Assembly (NCBI GenBank): GCA_963826225.1
Contig: CAWGWF010000001.1
Coordinates: forward strand, 2,483,023-2,547,022
From: an uncultured Chloroflexia bacterium
GTDB lineage: Bacteria > Chloroflexota > Limnocylindria > Limnocylindrales > CSP1-4
Direction: 5' to 3'
DNA: 64,000 nt
The notes under the pieces: generated by a model
Told to the model about the DNA's origin: nothing
The model's input: only the letters and a program-made list of their open reading frames with translations
Database searches by the model: none
Shown here: piece by piece, positions 19,403 to 29,310 of the stretch
How the letters are laid out: each line of letters begins with the position of its first letter
Numbering within the stretch: the first letter of the stretch is position 1
Position numbers and translations under genes: made by a program

Positions 19403-20524
19403 ATGCACCCAGGCGGGGCACCGGACGTGGTCGTGGTCGGGGGCGGGATCGTGGGAACCGCCACCGCCGCGTTCCTGGCCGGGGCCGGTGCGCGCGTGCT
19501 CGTCCTCGAGCGGGACGGGCTGGCCTCGGGGGCGTCCGGCGCCAATGCCGGCGTGGTCCAGCACCCGTTCGATCCTGTGCTGGCCGTCCTGTACCACGAG
19601 ACCGTGATGCTGTACCGGGACCTGGCGGCGGGCTCGCGCGCCTTCGCGTTTCCGCCGAGCCCGGTCGGGCTGCTGACCCTCTCCGCGTCCGAGGCCACGG
19701 TGCGACGGGAGGCGGAGCGCATCCGCGGCCCGTATCCGGATCTCGGGGTGGAAGTGCTGGATGGGCCGGCGCTCCGCGAGGTCGAGCCGGCGGCGGCCGA
19801 GGGCCTGTGGGCCTGCCGCGTGGATATCGGCTACCCGGTGATGCCGGGCGCCTCGACCTACGCGTACGCGACGCTGGCGGAGGCGCGGGGCGCGGTCATC
19901 CGGATGGGCCGCACGGCCTCGCTGGCGGTCGCCGGCGACGCGGTCGTCGGGGTCCGGGTCGGGGGCGAGGTCATCCCCGCCGGCGCGGTCGTGGCGGCCG
20001 CCGGACCATGGACGCCGGAGCTGCTCGATCCGGCCGGGCGCTGGGCGCCGATCACCCCGCGCTGGGGCGTCGTGGTGGAGGTGGAGCCCGCCTCGCCGCC
20101 GCGGCACGTGCTGGAGGAGGCGGACGAAGACGCCGAGGATGTCGGGGCGGGCGACGGGGCCGAGTCGAGCTTCGCCCTGGTTCCCCAGCTCGGAGCCGCC
20201 GCGGTGGGCGCGACCTTCCTGGTCCGCGAGCCGGATCCGGCGGCCTGGATGGAGCGGATCCTCGTGCGGGCGTCGCGGTTCGTCCCGGGTGTCGCCGAGG
20301 CGCCGATCCGGGGCGTCCGCGCCTGCGCGCGGCCCCAGAGCGCCGACGGCCGGCCGCTCGTCGGGGCCGTTCCGGGCAAGCGGAACCTGTTCGTGTGCGC
20401 GGGGCACGGCCCGTGGGGCATCACGACCGGCCCGGCGTCCGCACGCCTGGTGGCGGACCTCGTCCTGGGCCGTACGCCGGCGATCCCCGCCGAGCTGGAT
20501 CCGGCGCGGTTCGGGGCGCCGTGA
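19403..20524 (+). CDS. FAD-dependent oxidoreductase (DAO / glycine-oxidase-like family)
   Basis: ATG at 19403 preceded by GGGAGG. Dinucleotide-binding VVVVGGGIVGTATAAFLAGAGARVLVLE, C-terminal GHGPWGITTGPASARLVADLV typical of DAO-family enzymes. Confidence 0.75.
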   Translation: MHPGGAPDVVVVGGGIVGTATAAFLAGAGARVLVLERDGLASGASGANAGVVQHPFDPVLAVLYHETVMLYRDLAAGSRAFAFPPSPVGLLTLSASEATVRREAERIRGPYPDLGVEVLDGPALREVEPAAAEGLWACRVDIGYPVMPGASTYAYATLAEARGAVIRMGRTASLAVAGDAVVGVRVGGEVIPAGAVVAAAGPWTPELLDPAGRWAPITPRWGVVVEVEPASPPRHVLEEADEDAEDVGAGDGAESSFALVPQLGAAAVGATFLVREPDPAAWMERILVRASRFVPGVAEAPIRGVRACARPQSADGRPLVGAVPGKRNLFVCAGHGPWGITTGPASARLVADLVLGRTPAIPAELDPARFGAP

Positions 20525-20593
20525 CGGCGAGAGGCGAGCCACGAGGCGACCCGGAACGGCGAGGCACCGCCCAACCCGAGCCGGAGAGGTGCG

Positions 20594-20690
20594 TGGCGGG
20601 AGCGCATGGGAGTCGAACCCACCGCGCGACGCCGGGCGCCGCGCCACCGGTTTTGAAGACCGGGGAGCCCACCGGGACCCCTCCGCTCCC
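20594..20690 (-). tRNA. selC: tRNA-Sec (selC), anticodon UCA, long variable arm, 97 nt including CCA
   Basis: Minus-strand read GGGAGCGG-AG-GGGUCC-CGGU-GGGCUC-CC-CCGGU-CUUCAAA-ACCGG-[24-nt extra arm GGCGCGGCG...GUCGCGC]-GUGGG-UUCGACU-CCCAU-GCGCUCCC-G-CCA. This gives a 6-bp D-stem with 4-nt D-loop, a UCA anticodon in a CUUCAAA loop, a 5-bp T-stem and a 7/8-bp acceptor stem. Confidence 0.8.
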
Positions 20691-20759
20691 AGCGCCGATG
20701 GTAGCGCCGCCGCCCGCCTCGGGACCGGGCTGCGCGTCCGGCGTCGTATCCTCCCGCGC

Positions 20760-21821
20760 ATGACCGAGCCGGCCCTCCCCGCGATCCGCCTCACCGACTA
20801 CACCGAGTGCGGCGGCTGCGCCGCGAAGCTCGGCGCGGACCTGCTGGCCGAGGCGCTGGCAGGACTCGGCGCGGGGGACGCGGCTGGGGCGGCGGACCCG
20901 GCCCTGATCGCCGGCCTGGCACCGCCCGACGATGCTGCGGCGTGGCGCGTCTCGGACGACCTGGCGATCCTGGGCACGCTCGACTTCTTCCCGCCGCTCG
21001 TGGACGACCCGGCGGAGTACGGCGAGATCGCGGCGGCCAACGCGCTCTCGGACGTGTTCGCGATGGGCGGTCGGGTGCTGTTCGCGCTGTCGATCGCGGC
21101 CTTCCCGGAGGGCTTCCCGCGCGGGAGCGCTGGCGACGATCCTCGAGGCGGCGGCGGCGAAGGTGCGCGAGGCGGGCGGCCTGCTGGCGGGCGGGCACAC
21201 GATCCGGGACCCCGAGCCGAAGTTCGGGCTGGCCGTGATCGGCGCCGCGCACCCGGACCGGCTGCTGCGAAAGGGCGGCGCGACGCCCGGCGACGTGCTC
21301 GCTGCTCACGAAACGCCTGGGGACCGGGCTGCTGGTGAGCGGTCGGCGCCAGGGTCGCGTCGGGGACGCGGACCTGCGCGCCGCCATTCGACCAGATGCG
21401 AAGCCTCAATCGGGCCGCGTCCGAGGCCCTCGTCCGTCACGGGATCCGCGGCGCCACGGACGTGACGGGGTTCGGGCTCCTGGGTCACGCCCTGGAGATG
21501 GCCCGAGCCTCGGGAGCCCGGCTGGCCTTCGAGGCCGCCGCCCTGCCGGCCCTCGACGGCGCCCTGGATCTGGCACGCGGTGGCGTCGAGACCGATGGCG
21601 CCGGTCACAACCGGCGGTACACGGCCCCGGCGCTGGCGATCGCCGACGCCGTGCCGGAGGCGGCGGCCGCGCTCGCCCACGATCCGCAGACGTCCGGGGG
21701 CCTGCTGGCGGCGGTGCCCCGGGCGGTCCTCGCAGCGGTGGAGGCGGATCTCGCCGCGGCCGGTGTCGCGGCATGGCGGGTCGGATCGGTGGAGCTCGGC
21801 GAGGGCGTCGCCCTGCGCTGA
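20760..21821 (+). pseudogene. selD: selenide, water dikinase SelD, reading frame broken by three apparent +1 frameshifts (about 21126, 21300, 21390); frames 0 to 1 to 2 to 0
   Basis: Segments in successive frames align end-to-end with E. coli SelD: TDYTECGGCAAK...AAFPEGFPRG | ALATILEAAAAKVREAGGLLAGGHTIRDPEPKFGLAV...GDVL | LTKRLGTGLLVSGRRQGRVGDADLRAAI | DQMRSLN...TDVTGFGLLGHALEM...DPQTSGGLL. Divergent from tRNA-Sec, 70 bp away. Confidence 0.7.
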
Positions 21822-21918
21822 CGCGGGCGTCTGCCGCCAGCCGCGACGGGCCGGACCGTCCTCGACAACGGTGCCGGGGACTCTGGCCCCGTGCGCTGCG
21901 GCGGTCGATGCTGTGGTC

Positions 21919-22380
21919 ATGGGCCACTTCCACGTCGAGGTCCGAATCGACGCGCCCGTCGAGCGCGTCTGGGCCGTCGCCCGGGATGCCGACCGGATCC
22001 CGGACTACAACCCGCACATGGACATCCGCCACGTCTGCGGTGCCCTGGACCGCGCCGGCACGACGTTCGAGGCGACGGTCCGGATCCTGGGCACACGGAG
22101 CGAGGCGGTGGGCGTGGTCCGGGACGCCGAGCCGGGCCGCATGCTGCACATCGCCGGCCTGAACCGTGACGGGAGGACGACGAGCGACTGGGTGTTCCGC
22201 TTCGCCCCGACCGGCGACACCACGCTGGCCACGCTCGACGCCGAGTACGAGGTTCCCATGGGCGTCCTCGGGGCCGCGATGGACCACGTCGTGTTCGAGC
22301 GGGCGTTCGAACGCGCGATGCGCCACATGTGCGAGAACTTCGCAGACCTCGCCGCCGCCCGCGTCCCGCAGCCCGCCTGA
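21919..22380 (+). CDS. SRPBCC (START/Bet v1-like, polyketide-cyclase-like) family protein
   Basis: 153 aa from ATG 21919: MGHFHVEVRIDAPVERVWAVARDADRIPDYNPHM... Typical SRPBCC N-terminus. Confidence 0.6.
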   Translation: MGHFHVEVRIDAPVERVWAVARDADRIPDYNPHMDIRHVCGALDRAGTTFEATVRILGTRSEAVGVVRDAEPGRMLHIAGLNRDGRTTSDWVFRFAPTGDTTLATLDAEYEVPMGVLGAAMDHVVFERAFERAMRHMCENFADLAAARVPQPA

Positions 22381-22483
22381 GCCTGCGACCCGTAACAGGA
22401 GCGACGCGACCGGCGTCGCATCGCTGGTCTCGACACCCGCCTCGCGCATGGTGCGCGGGGATTGAGACCTGGAGCGCGCGATC

Positions 22484-24127
22484 ATGCTCAAGCGGCGCGC
22501 ACGACCGAAACGGGTCCATGGAGCCCGGAAAGCCGCGGCTGACGGTTCCGGCACCTGGATGCACGTAGCCGCCTTGTCCTGCGTCTCCCTGCTGATGGCG
22601 GCGGCCTGCTGCGCCGCCCCGGCCACCGGCTCATCGGCAGCCCCGCCAACCGGGGCGACAGCCACCGGAGGACCCGGCACGTCCCCCTCGTCCTCGCCGC
22701 GCGCCGGGACGCTGCCTCCGGTCCGCCTCGTGTTCATCGGCGACGTGATGCTGGGGCGGAGCGTCGCCGACGTCGCCGCGCACGACCCGGGAAGCATCTT
22801 CGAGCAGCTGCGCCCCGTCCTCGTCGATGCCGACCTTGCGCTGGCCAACCTCGAGTCCCCGCTGACCACCCGACCCCACGCGTCGAGCGGCCACCCGCTG
22901 GAGGCCGATCCGGCAGTTGCCCAGCTCCTCGCGGGTGCCGGGGTCGACGTGGTGGACCTGGCCAACAACCACGCGACCGATGCGGGGCCGGCAACCGTGC
23001 TTGACACCATGGCCGCCGCAGATGCCGCGCGCGTACGCAGCGTCGGGGCCGGAGCTGATGCGACCGCCTCCGCGACACCGCTGGTGCTCGACCTGGGAGG
23101 CGTCCGGGTCGGCATCCTCGCCTACGACATGACGGGTGGAGGCACCGTCGCGACCGGCGCCTCGCCCGGGGTGAACGGGTGGGATCGCGCCGCCGCGAAG
23201 GCTGCGGTCGCCGCGCTCCGCGCCGACGTGGACCTTGTCGTCGTCGCCCTGCACGGCGGCGTGGAGTACCTGCCGCGTCCCGACCCGGTCCTGCAGGAGG
23301 CGGTCGAAGACCTCGCCGGGTGGGGCGCCGACGTCGTCTGGGGCCACGGTGCGCACGTGCCGTACCCGGTGAGGGTGATCGACGTTCGGCGGCCTGCCGT
23401 GATGGCACCCGGCCTGGGAAACGCCGTGTTCGACCAGCGACGCGTCGGCACCGACGAGGGCACCCTGCTCGAGGTGATGGCCGACGCCGAAGGCGTGATC
23501 GCGATGCGATTGGGGACGATCCGCATCGATGCGGGGCGCGCGGCCTTCACCGGCTGGCATGACCCGGCCGGCGATGCAGTGGCCGTCCGCGGCGAGTGGT
23601 GGACACCCGTTCGAGTGGCCGTCGAGACGGCGCCCGCCGGGTGCGACACGTTCGACCTCAATCTGGTCGTGACGGGCCTCCAGGCGGACAGCCACGTCGT
23701 GGACGCGGCCTGCGGCTCCGTGACCGCCGCGGGGGCGGTCGAAATGGCGATCGCCTACCGTCACCCGCTCGGCCGCGAGCTCCTGCAGGACATCTATCCC
23801 GGCAGCCCGTGGGCGGATGCCGAAGGCATGAGCGCCCATCTCGCGGTCATGACGCCGGACGCCCACATGGTCTGGGCCGCGGGGACCCTCCCGGACCCGA
23901 TCGGCACGGTCGCGGTGTGCTCCGGCTCGCTCGCCGTCGGCTACACGACGCTCGACGACCCGGCCACGTTCGCCGCCGGCGCGTGGACGTGGAGCGGCTT
24001 CGGGTTCGCCACGGCATCGCCTCTGTCCCGGCCCACCTTCATCGGCTGCGCCGACATCGACCACGACGGCGCGACCGAGCCCCTCGTCCGCAGGCCTGCC
24101 ACGACGCCAGGAGGCACGTCACCATGA
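22484..24127 (+). CDS. CapA/PgsA-like metallophosphatase family protein with lipoprotein-type signal and a C-terminal extension
   Basis: VRLVFIGDVMLGR, LANLESPLT, DLANNHATDAG, ALHGGVEY are CapA (poly-gamma-glutamate synthesis/anchoring) motifs. Signal LLMAAACCAAP. True start may be the internal ATG at 22556. Confidence 0.7.
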   Translation: MLKRRARPKRVHGARKAAADGSGTWMHVAALSCVSLLMAAACCAAPATGSSAAPPTGATATGGPGTSPSSSPRAGTLPPVRLVFIGDVMLGRSVADVAAHDPGSIFEQLRPVLVDADLALANLESPLTTRPHASSGHPLEADPAVAQLLAGAGVDVVDLANNHATDAGPATVLDTMAAADAARVRSVGAGADATASATPLVLDLGGVRVGILAYDMTGGGTVATGASPGVNGWDRAAAKAAVAALRADVDLVVVALHGGVEYLPRPDPVLQEAVEDLAGWGADVVWGHGAHVPYPVRVIDVRRPAVMAPGLGNAVFDQRRVGTDEGTLLEVMADAEGVIAMRLGTIRIDAGRAAFTGWHDPAGDAVAVRGEWWTPVRVAVETAPAGCDTFDLNLVVTGLQADSHVVDAACGSVTAAGAVEMAIAYRHPLGRELLQDIYPGSPWADAEGMSAHLAVMTPDAHMVWAAGTLPDPIGTVAVCSGSLAVGYTTLDDPATFAAGAWTWSGFGFATASPLSRPTFIGCADIDHDGATEPLVRRPATTPGGTSP

Positions 24128-26400
24128 ACCGATCGACCCCGCGCCGGACGCGATGGCCGGCCATCCTCGTCGTCACGACCCTCCTGGCCGGATGCGGGGG
24201 CGAGCCTGTCAGCCCGCCGCCGGCCGAGCCCGGTGCCACGGCGACGGCCCGGCCGACTATGGCGCCCCAGCCCACGGCGACCGCTGTGCCCGAGCCCACA
24301 CCGTCGCCGCAGGGCCAGGCGACCGCCGCATCGCTGGGGCTTCGCCAGGAGCCCGCCTTCGCCGCCTACGAGTGGGTGCCGCCGTTGGGCGACGAGCGTC
24401 CGTACCCGGGTGCCGCGACGCCCACGTCGATCAAGCGCGTGCTCATCGCCGAGACGTCGTCCTGGGTCCGCGACGACCGCCGCCTCGTCAAGATGCTGGA
24501 GCGACAGGGCTTCGCCGTCCGGGCGGGCACCGATCGCTTCTTCCACGCGGCCTACGACTTCGCCTGGTACGCCCGCCGGCCGCTGTACGTGACCACGGAT
24601 GCGATGTACCACACGTGGCACCTCGTATTCGACAAGGTGCTGCGCGACGCCGAGCAGAAGTCGCTGCTGCCGATCCTGAAGCGCCTCCTCACCGGCGCGG
24701 TCCCGGCGGCCCGGGCCCAGCAGCGGACGCTGGCCGGGACACCGCTCGCCGAGGCGGCCGAGCGGGCGACCGCCTACTACGAGGCCGCGGCCGTGCTGGC
24801 AGGCCTCGACCTGGGCACGACGTCCGACCGCGCCGCGAAGGAGGTCGCGCTCGCCCGGAAGGCCGCCGAGGTCGCTCGCTCGCCGGTGTCCGGGGTGGTG
24901 GACTGCCAGTTCCCGGACAGGTTCGACGGATGCGTGGACTACAGCCTGTTCCGGCCGCGCGGCCACTACGACCGCACCCCCAAGCTGCGCCGCTACTTCG
25001 CCGCGATGTCGGTGCTCGGCCAGGAATGGTTCGGTCTCGCGCCCGCCAACGACGGGGTGCTGCCGGGCCTGCTGGTGACCCGCGTCGTGATCGCCGACCC
25101 GAAGCTCCAGGCGGACTGGCAGGCGATCTACGAGCCGACGGCCTTTCTCGTCGGCCTCGCTGACGACGTGACCCCGTCCGAGGTGGCGGTGGCGGCCGAC
25201 GCCCAGGTGCCCGCCTGGCGCGACGACCCGAGCGCGCTCGTGGGCATCGACACCCGGAGGCTGGCGGCGGCGATCGTGGCCGCCCATCCGACGCGGATCG
25301 ATCCCGAGCGCGCCGGGATCCGGCTCATGGGAGCCCGGTTCACCCTCGACGCCTATGTCCTCGACCAGCTGGCGTGGCCGAACGTCGGCACCGTCGAGCA
25401 ACCGCGGGTTCATCTCTCCGCCCTCGACGTGGCCGCGGCGCTGGGCTCCGACTTGGCGCTGAAGACGCAGCTGGACGCGGGTGAAGGGGCGTACGAGCAC
25501 TACGAGACCCAGCTCACGAAGATGGCCAGCCTCGTCGCCTCGCGCCAGCCCTCGGATTGGGCGGGCACGGTGTACGACGCATGGCTCGCGTCCCTGGAGT
25601 CCCAGCTCGCGCCGCATGGCGCCGCCTACCCCGACTACATGCGGACGCCCGCCTGGGCGGCCAAGTCGCTGCAGACCGCGCTGGCCTCCTACGCCGAGCT
25701 CAAACACGACACGATCCTGTACGCGAAGCAGGGATCGGCGGGCGAGAGCGGAGGCATCGAGGAGGAGTCCACGTGGGAGCCGCGCCATTGGGTCGAACCC
25801 GACCCGGTGGCATTCCTGCGGCTGGCCGCCGGCGCCTCGCTGCTGCGCGACGGCATGTCGCAGCGGGACCTGCTGCCCGCGTCCGACCGCGACACGCTCG
25901 ACACGTTCATCGAGCTGTCGACCTGGCTGGGCGGCGTCGCGACGCGCGAGCTGGGTGGCCGCGTCGTCAACGACAAGCAGAACGAGCGGCTGGAGGGGAT
26001 CGGCTCGGAGCTCGAGTACCTGTGGTTCGCGACCGCGGACCTCTCCGGCGCCGAGGGGTACCCCGGCCCCAGCGAGGGCAGCGACGCGCTGGTCGCCGAC
26101 ATCTACCGCTCGTCGGGGGCCTACCTCGAGGAGGCGACCGGCTTCGTGGACACGATCTGGGTGATCGTGCCGCTCGGCGACGGCCGCTTCGAGCTGGCGA
26201 GCGGCGGGGTGTTCGCCTATCACGAGTTCAGGTGGCCGGCCGACAATCCCCGCCTCACCGACACGGAGTGGCGCTCCATGCTCGACGACGCGGAGAACGC
26301 CCAGGCCACCTCACCCGTCGCGCGTCCGTCGTGGCAGGCCCCATTCCTGCTCGGAGCGAAGATCGCCGACGAGCCGGTGCCGCGGGCCGCGCCCCGCTGA
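24124..26400 (+). CDS. large secreted lipoprotein, DUF3160-like
   Basis: 758 aa. Signal plus lipobox LLAGCGG. Long conserved C-terminal region (YAELKHDTILYAKQ...). ATGA overlap with the CapA-like stop. Family name recalled, not computed. Confidence 0.55.
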   Translation: MNRSTPRRTRWPAILVVTTLLAGCGGEPVSPPPAEPGATATARPTMAPQPTATAVPEPTPSPQGQATAASLGLRQEPAFAAYEWVPPLGDERPYPGAATPTSIKRVLIAETSSWVRDDRRLVKMLERQGFAVRAGTDRFFHAAYDFAWYARRPLYVTTDAMYHTWHLVFDKVLRDAEQKSLLPILKRLLTGAVPAARAQQRTLAGTPLAEAAERATAYYEAAAVLAGLDLGTTSDRAAKEVALARKAAEVARSPVSGVVDCQFPDRFDGCVDYSLFRPRGHYDRTPKLRRYFAAMSVLGQEWFGLAPANDGVLPGLLVTRVVIADPKLQADWQAIYEPTAFLVGLADDVTPSEVAVAADAQVPAWRDDPSALVGIDTRRLAAAIVAAHPTRIDPERAGIRLMGARFTLDAYVLDQLAWPNVGTVEQPRVHLSALDVAAALGSDLALKTQLDAGEGAYEHYETQLTKMASLVASRQPSDWAGTVYDAWLASLESQLAPHGAAYPDYMRTPAWAAKSLQTALASYAELKHDTILYAKQGSAGESGGIEEESTWEPRHWVEPDPVAFLRLAAGASLLRDGMSQRDLLPASDRDTLDTFIELSTWLGGVATRELGGRVVNDKQNERLEGIGSELEYLWFATADLSGAEGYPGPSEGSDALVADIYRSSGAYLEEATGFVDTIWVIVPLGDGRFELASGGVFAYHEFRWPADNPRLTDTEWRSMLDDAENAQATSPVARPSWQAPFLLGAKIADEPVPRAAPR

Positions 26401-26426
26401 CGTGCGGCCCGCCCGGATCGGGGCCG

Positions 26427-27863
26427 CTACTCGGCCAGCGCCCGGTCCGCCTCCGCGAGGATCCGGTCCAGATCGGCAAGCACCGCTTCGGGGACAGGGT
26501 CCACCATCGGCCCGGCGAGGATCGCGTCCACCTGCTCTCGTGCCCGGTCGTACATGGACGGCTTCCCGAGCGCGTGCCAGGCGTCGTACGGGGCGCGGCT
26601 CACCAGCGCGGGCTCGTAGAACTCGCCGCTCCGCGCTGCGTGCCGCGTGGACGGCTGGGCCAGGAAGTTGCCGCCGGGCCCCACGTCTGTCACGTCCTCG
26701 AGCAGCTCCGCGCCCTCGCGGCCGTCCACGCCCTCCACCATCCGCAGGGCCAGGTGCGCGAGCTCGTTGTCCACCAGGATCTGCTCCAGGACCAGCGTCT
26801 GGTCGCCGTCCAGCTCGCCGTAGCCGATCAGGATGTCCGCCCCCGCCGAGATCGGCGGCAGCATGGTGACCAGCTTCTCGACGCACGCCTCCGGCCCGAT
26901 GTCGTGCGCATCGCTGGCGCACCCGGCGGCAGTCGTGGGCAGGCCGTAGAAGCGGCCCATGGTCGTGAGGGCGGCGGACTGGATCCCCATCTCCGGCGTC
27001 CCGGCCAGGAAGTTGCCCGACCGGAAGTCCATGGACCCCACGGCGCTGGAGTAGATCATCGGCCGGCCGGGCCTCGCCACCTGGAAGATCACGAACGAGG
27101 ACAGCGCCTCGGCGTTGGCCAGCGCGATGTTGCCCAGCAGCGACGCCGGACCGGTGGTCCCGGGCACCGGCATCGGCATGATCATCACCGGCATATCCCA
27201 CGCGCCGAGGTCCAGGTACGCGTCCAGCATCTCGCCGTCATGGACGAGCGGCGCCACCGGGCAGTAGATGACCGACGCCTCGTGTCGCTCCCGGGCCCGT
27301 GTCTCCCCGCCCGCCAGCGCGGACACGATCGCTCCCAGGTACGGCGCCTGGTCTCGCCGGTGCAGCTCGTGCTGCCCGTGTCTGGAGGTCGCGGTGAGCA
27401 TGGCCGTGAACTCATGGAGCGGCCGGGATGCGACCGGCCGGTCGTTGGCGGCGACCGGCGGCCAGCCCATCACCGCGAGGTCGCACGCCTGGAAGACCCG
27501 CATCGCATCCACGGTGTCCTGCCGGGTCCCATACCGCCGCTCGCCGGTGACGAAGTCCCGGGTGTACGCGGCGGTCCCGTCCATCGCGAACCGGGTGACG
27601 GGCGACGGAAGGGCGTAATCGAAGGCCGGGTTCCGGGCGCCCAGGGTCATCGCCCTCGGCGCCCGGGCCAGGGCGGCCTCCACCAGGGAGCGTGGCATGC
27701 GCACGACACCCGTCGACGCGTCGACCTCTGCCCCGGCCTGCGCCAGCAACGGCGGCGCCACGTCGCCGAGGACCCGGACCCCCGTCTCGGCGAGAATCCG
27801 CAGCGACGCCTCGTGGACACGCGCCTGCTCGTCCGGGGACAGGAACGCTCCCTCCCATCTCAT
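26427..27863 (-). CDS. MttB-superfamily (trimethylamine methyltransferase-like, non-pyrrolysine) methyltransferase, paralog 1
   Basis: 478 aa, full-length MttB-like (PF06253-type). Blocks ASLRILAETGV, VIYCPVAPLVHDGE, MIMPMPVPGTTGPAS, IGYGELDGDQT, DVGPGGNFLAQPST. No in-frame TAG. Confidence 0.85.
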   Translation of the reverse strand: MRWEGAFLSPDEQARVHEASLRILAETGVRVLGDVAPPLLAQAGAEVDASTGVVRMPRSLVEAALARAPRAMTLGARNPAFDYALPSPVTRFAMDGTAAYTRDFVTGERRYGTRQDTVDAMRVFQACDLAVMGWPPVAANDRPVASRPLHEFTAMLTATSRHGQHELHRRDQAPYLGAIVSALAGGETRARERHEASVIYCPVAPLVHDGEMLDAYLDLGAWDMPVMIMPMPVPGTTGPASLLGNIALANAEALSSFVIFQVARPGRPMIYSSAVGSMDFRSGNFLAGTPEMGIQSAALTTMGRFYGLPTTAAGCASDAHDIGPEACVEKLVTMLPPISAGADILIGYGELDGDQTLVLEQILVDNELAHLALRMVEGVDGREGAELLEDVTDVGPGGNFLAQPSTRHAARSGEFYEPALVSRAPYDAWHALGKPSMYDRAREQVDAILAGPMVDPVPEAVLADLDRILAEADRALAE

Positions 27864-29308
27864 CGGGCCGGACCCTCCTCGGCGGCCGCCCGCCGCTGGA
27901 TCTGCGCCAGCTCGCGCTCGACCTCGTCCGGGAACGGCAGCGGCTGGTGGCCGTCGATCGCGGCCCAGGCCACGTCACGGGCCTGCCCGACCACGTCCGG
28001 CCGGCCGGCGGCCTCCCACCGGTCGAACGTCCCGTGGTTGCCGAGCCTGGGGACGAAGAACTCGCCTCCCCGTACGGCGTCCCGCGTCGCCGGGCGCGCC
28101 AGGAAGTCGCCCATCGGGCCGACCTCGTCCAGCGCCTCCACGACGTCCGCCTCGCCCACGCCCGTCCCGATCCCGGCGGCCAGCCGGCGGCACGCCCGGT
28201 AGACCTCCACGTCGATCACCATCTGCTCCAGGCAGAGGGTGGACGCCCCGCCCAGCGAGCCCGGGCCGATCAGGATGTCCGGCCACGAGAGCGCCGGGAG
28301 CGTCCAGTTCAGGGTGCGCTCCCAGGCCGCCTGGACGCCGGTGACGAAGTGGTCCGTGCCGCCGTTGGACGAGATCGCCGGCAGCCCGTGGAAGCGCGCC
28401 ATCTCGGTCACTGCGGCACCCAACAGGGCGTGCTCGGGGCTGCCGCCGCCCCAGCGCCCGCTGCGCGGCTCCATGACCGCCAGCGCGGGCGCGTAGATCA
28501 CGGGCGTGCCCGGCGAGGCCGCCTGGACGAGGCAGATCGTGCCCAGCACCTCGGCATTGCCCAGCACGATCGTGGACCGCAGGCCGGCCGGCGCCGACGA
28601 GCCCATCATCGGCATCGGCATGATCGCGATCGGGACGTCCCAGCCCGACAGCTCCAGGAACGCGTCGGTGTGCTCCTCCTCCATGGCCAGCGGCGAGACC
28701 GGGCAGTACAGCACCGAGTACGGGTGGTCGCGCCGGACCGCGTCCCGGCCGCCGAACATCGCGGCCAGCAGCTCCAGCAGCCAGCGCGCCTCCTCCACCG
28801 ACCCGGGGGCGTCCTGGACGTGCTTGGAGAACAGCCGGAACGTCTCCACCAGGTGCGCCACGGTGACCCCGACGCCGCGGGCGTCCTCGCCGGCGGTCAC
28901 CATCTGCCAGTAGGCACCGATCTCATCGATCGTGTCCACGAGCTTCGTCGCGGCGGCCCAGTCGTCGTGGGTGGCGTCCCGGCGGACGCCGGTGGCCGGG
29001 TCGTAGAACGTCGTGGACTCGCCGTCCGGGATCAGCGTGCACTCACCGGCGTTCATGGGCAGGGCGAAGCCGGGCCGCCGGCCGCCCAGCGAGAACTGCC
29101 GCGGCGCCGCGGCCAGCGACGCCTCCACGAGGGACCGCGGGAACCGGACGCGCCGGTCCCCTTCGTCCACGTCCGCGCCCGCCTCGCCCAGGATGGCACG
29201 CGCCCGCGCGGAGTCGATCCGCATCCCGGTCCGGGCGAGGACCGCCAGCGACTGCTCCTGGATGCCGGCGGTCTCGGCGTCGGTCAGGACGCGCAGCACG
29301 GTGGCCAT
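27860..29308 (-). CDS. MttB-superfamily methyltransferase, paralog 2
   Basis: 482 aa from ATG 29308 (MATVLRVLTDAETAGIQEQSLAVLARTGM...). Same block structure (YCPVSPLAMEE, IMPMPMMGSSAPAG, EVGPMGDFLARPAT). ORF-track extension to 30334 rejected. Confidence 0.85.
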   Translation of the reverse strand: MATVLRVLTDAETAGIQEQSLAVLARTGMRIDSARARAILGEAGADVDEGDRRVRFPRSLVEASLAAAPRQFSLGGRRPGFALPMNAGECTLIPDGESTTFYDPATGVRRDATHDDWAAATKLVDTIDEIGAYWQMVTAGEDARGVGVTVAHLVETFRLFSKHVQDAPGSVEEARWLLELLAAMFGGRDAVRRDHPYSVLYCPVSPLAMEEEHTDAFLELSGWDVPIAIMPMPMMGSSAPAGLRSTIVLGNAEVLGTICLVQAASPGTPVIYAPALAVMEPRSGRWGGGSPEHALLGAAVTEMARFHGLPAISSNGGTDHFVTGVQAAWERTLNWTLPALSWPDILIGPGSLGGASTLCLEQMVIDVEVYRACRRLAAGIGTGVGEADVVEALDEVGPMGDFLARPATRDAVRGGEFFVPRLGNHGTFDRWEAAGRPDVVGQARDVAWAAIDGHQPLPFPDEVERELAQIQRRAAAEEGPAR

Positions 29309-29310
29309 GC

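Noticed and set aside
18650-20794. N-terminal extension of the selA ORF (to 1175 aa)
   Set aside because: SelA homology starts at 18649. Upstream sequence overlaps the methyltransferase (other frame) and is antisense to the FAD oxidoreductase and tRNA-Sec.
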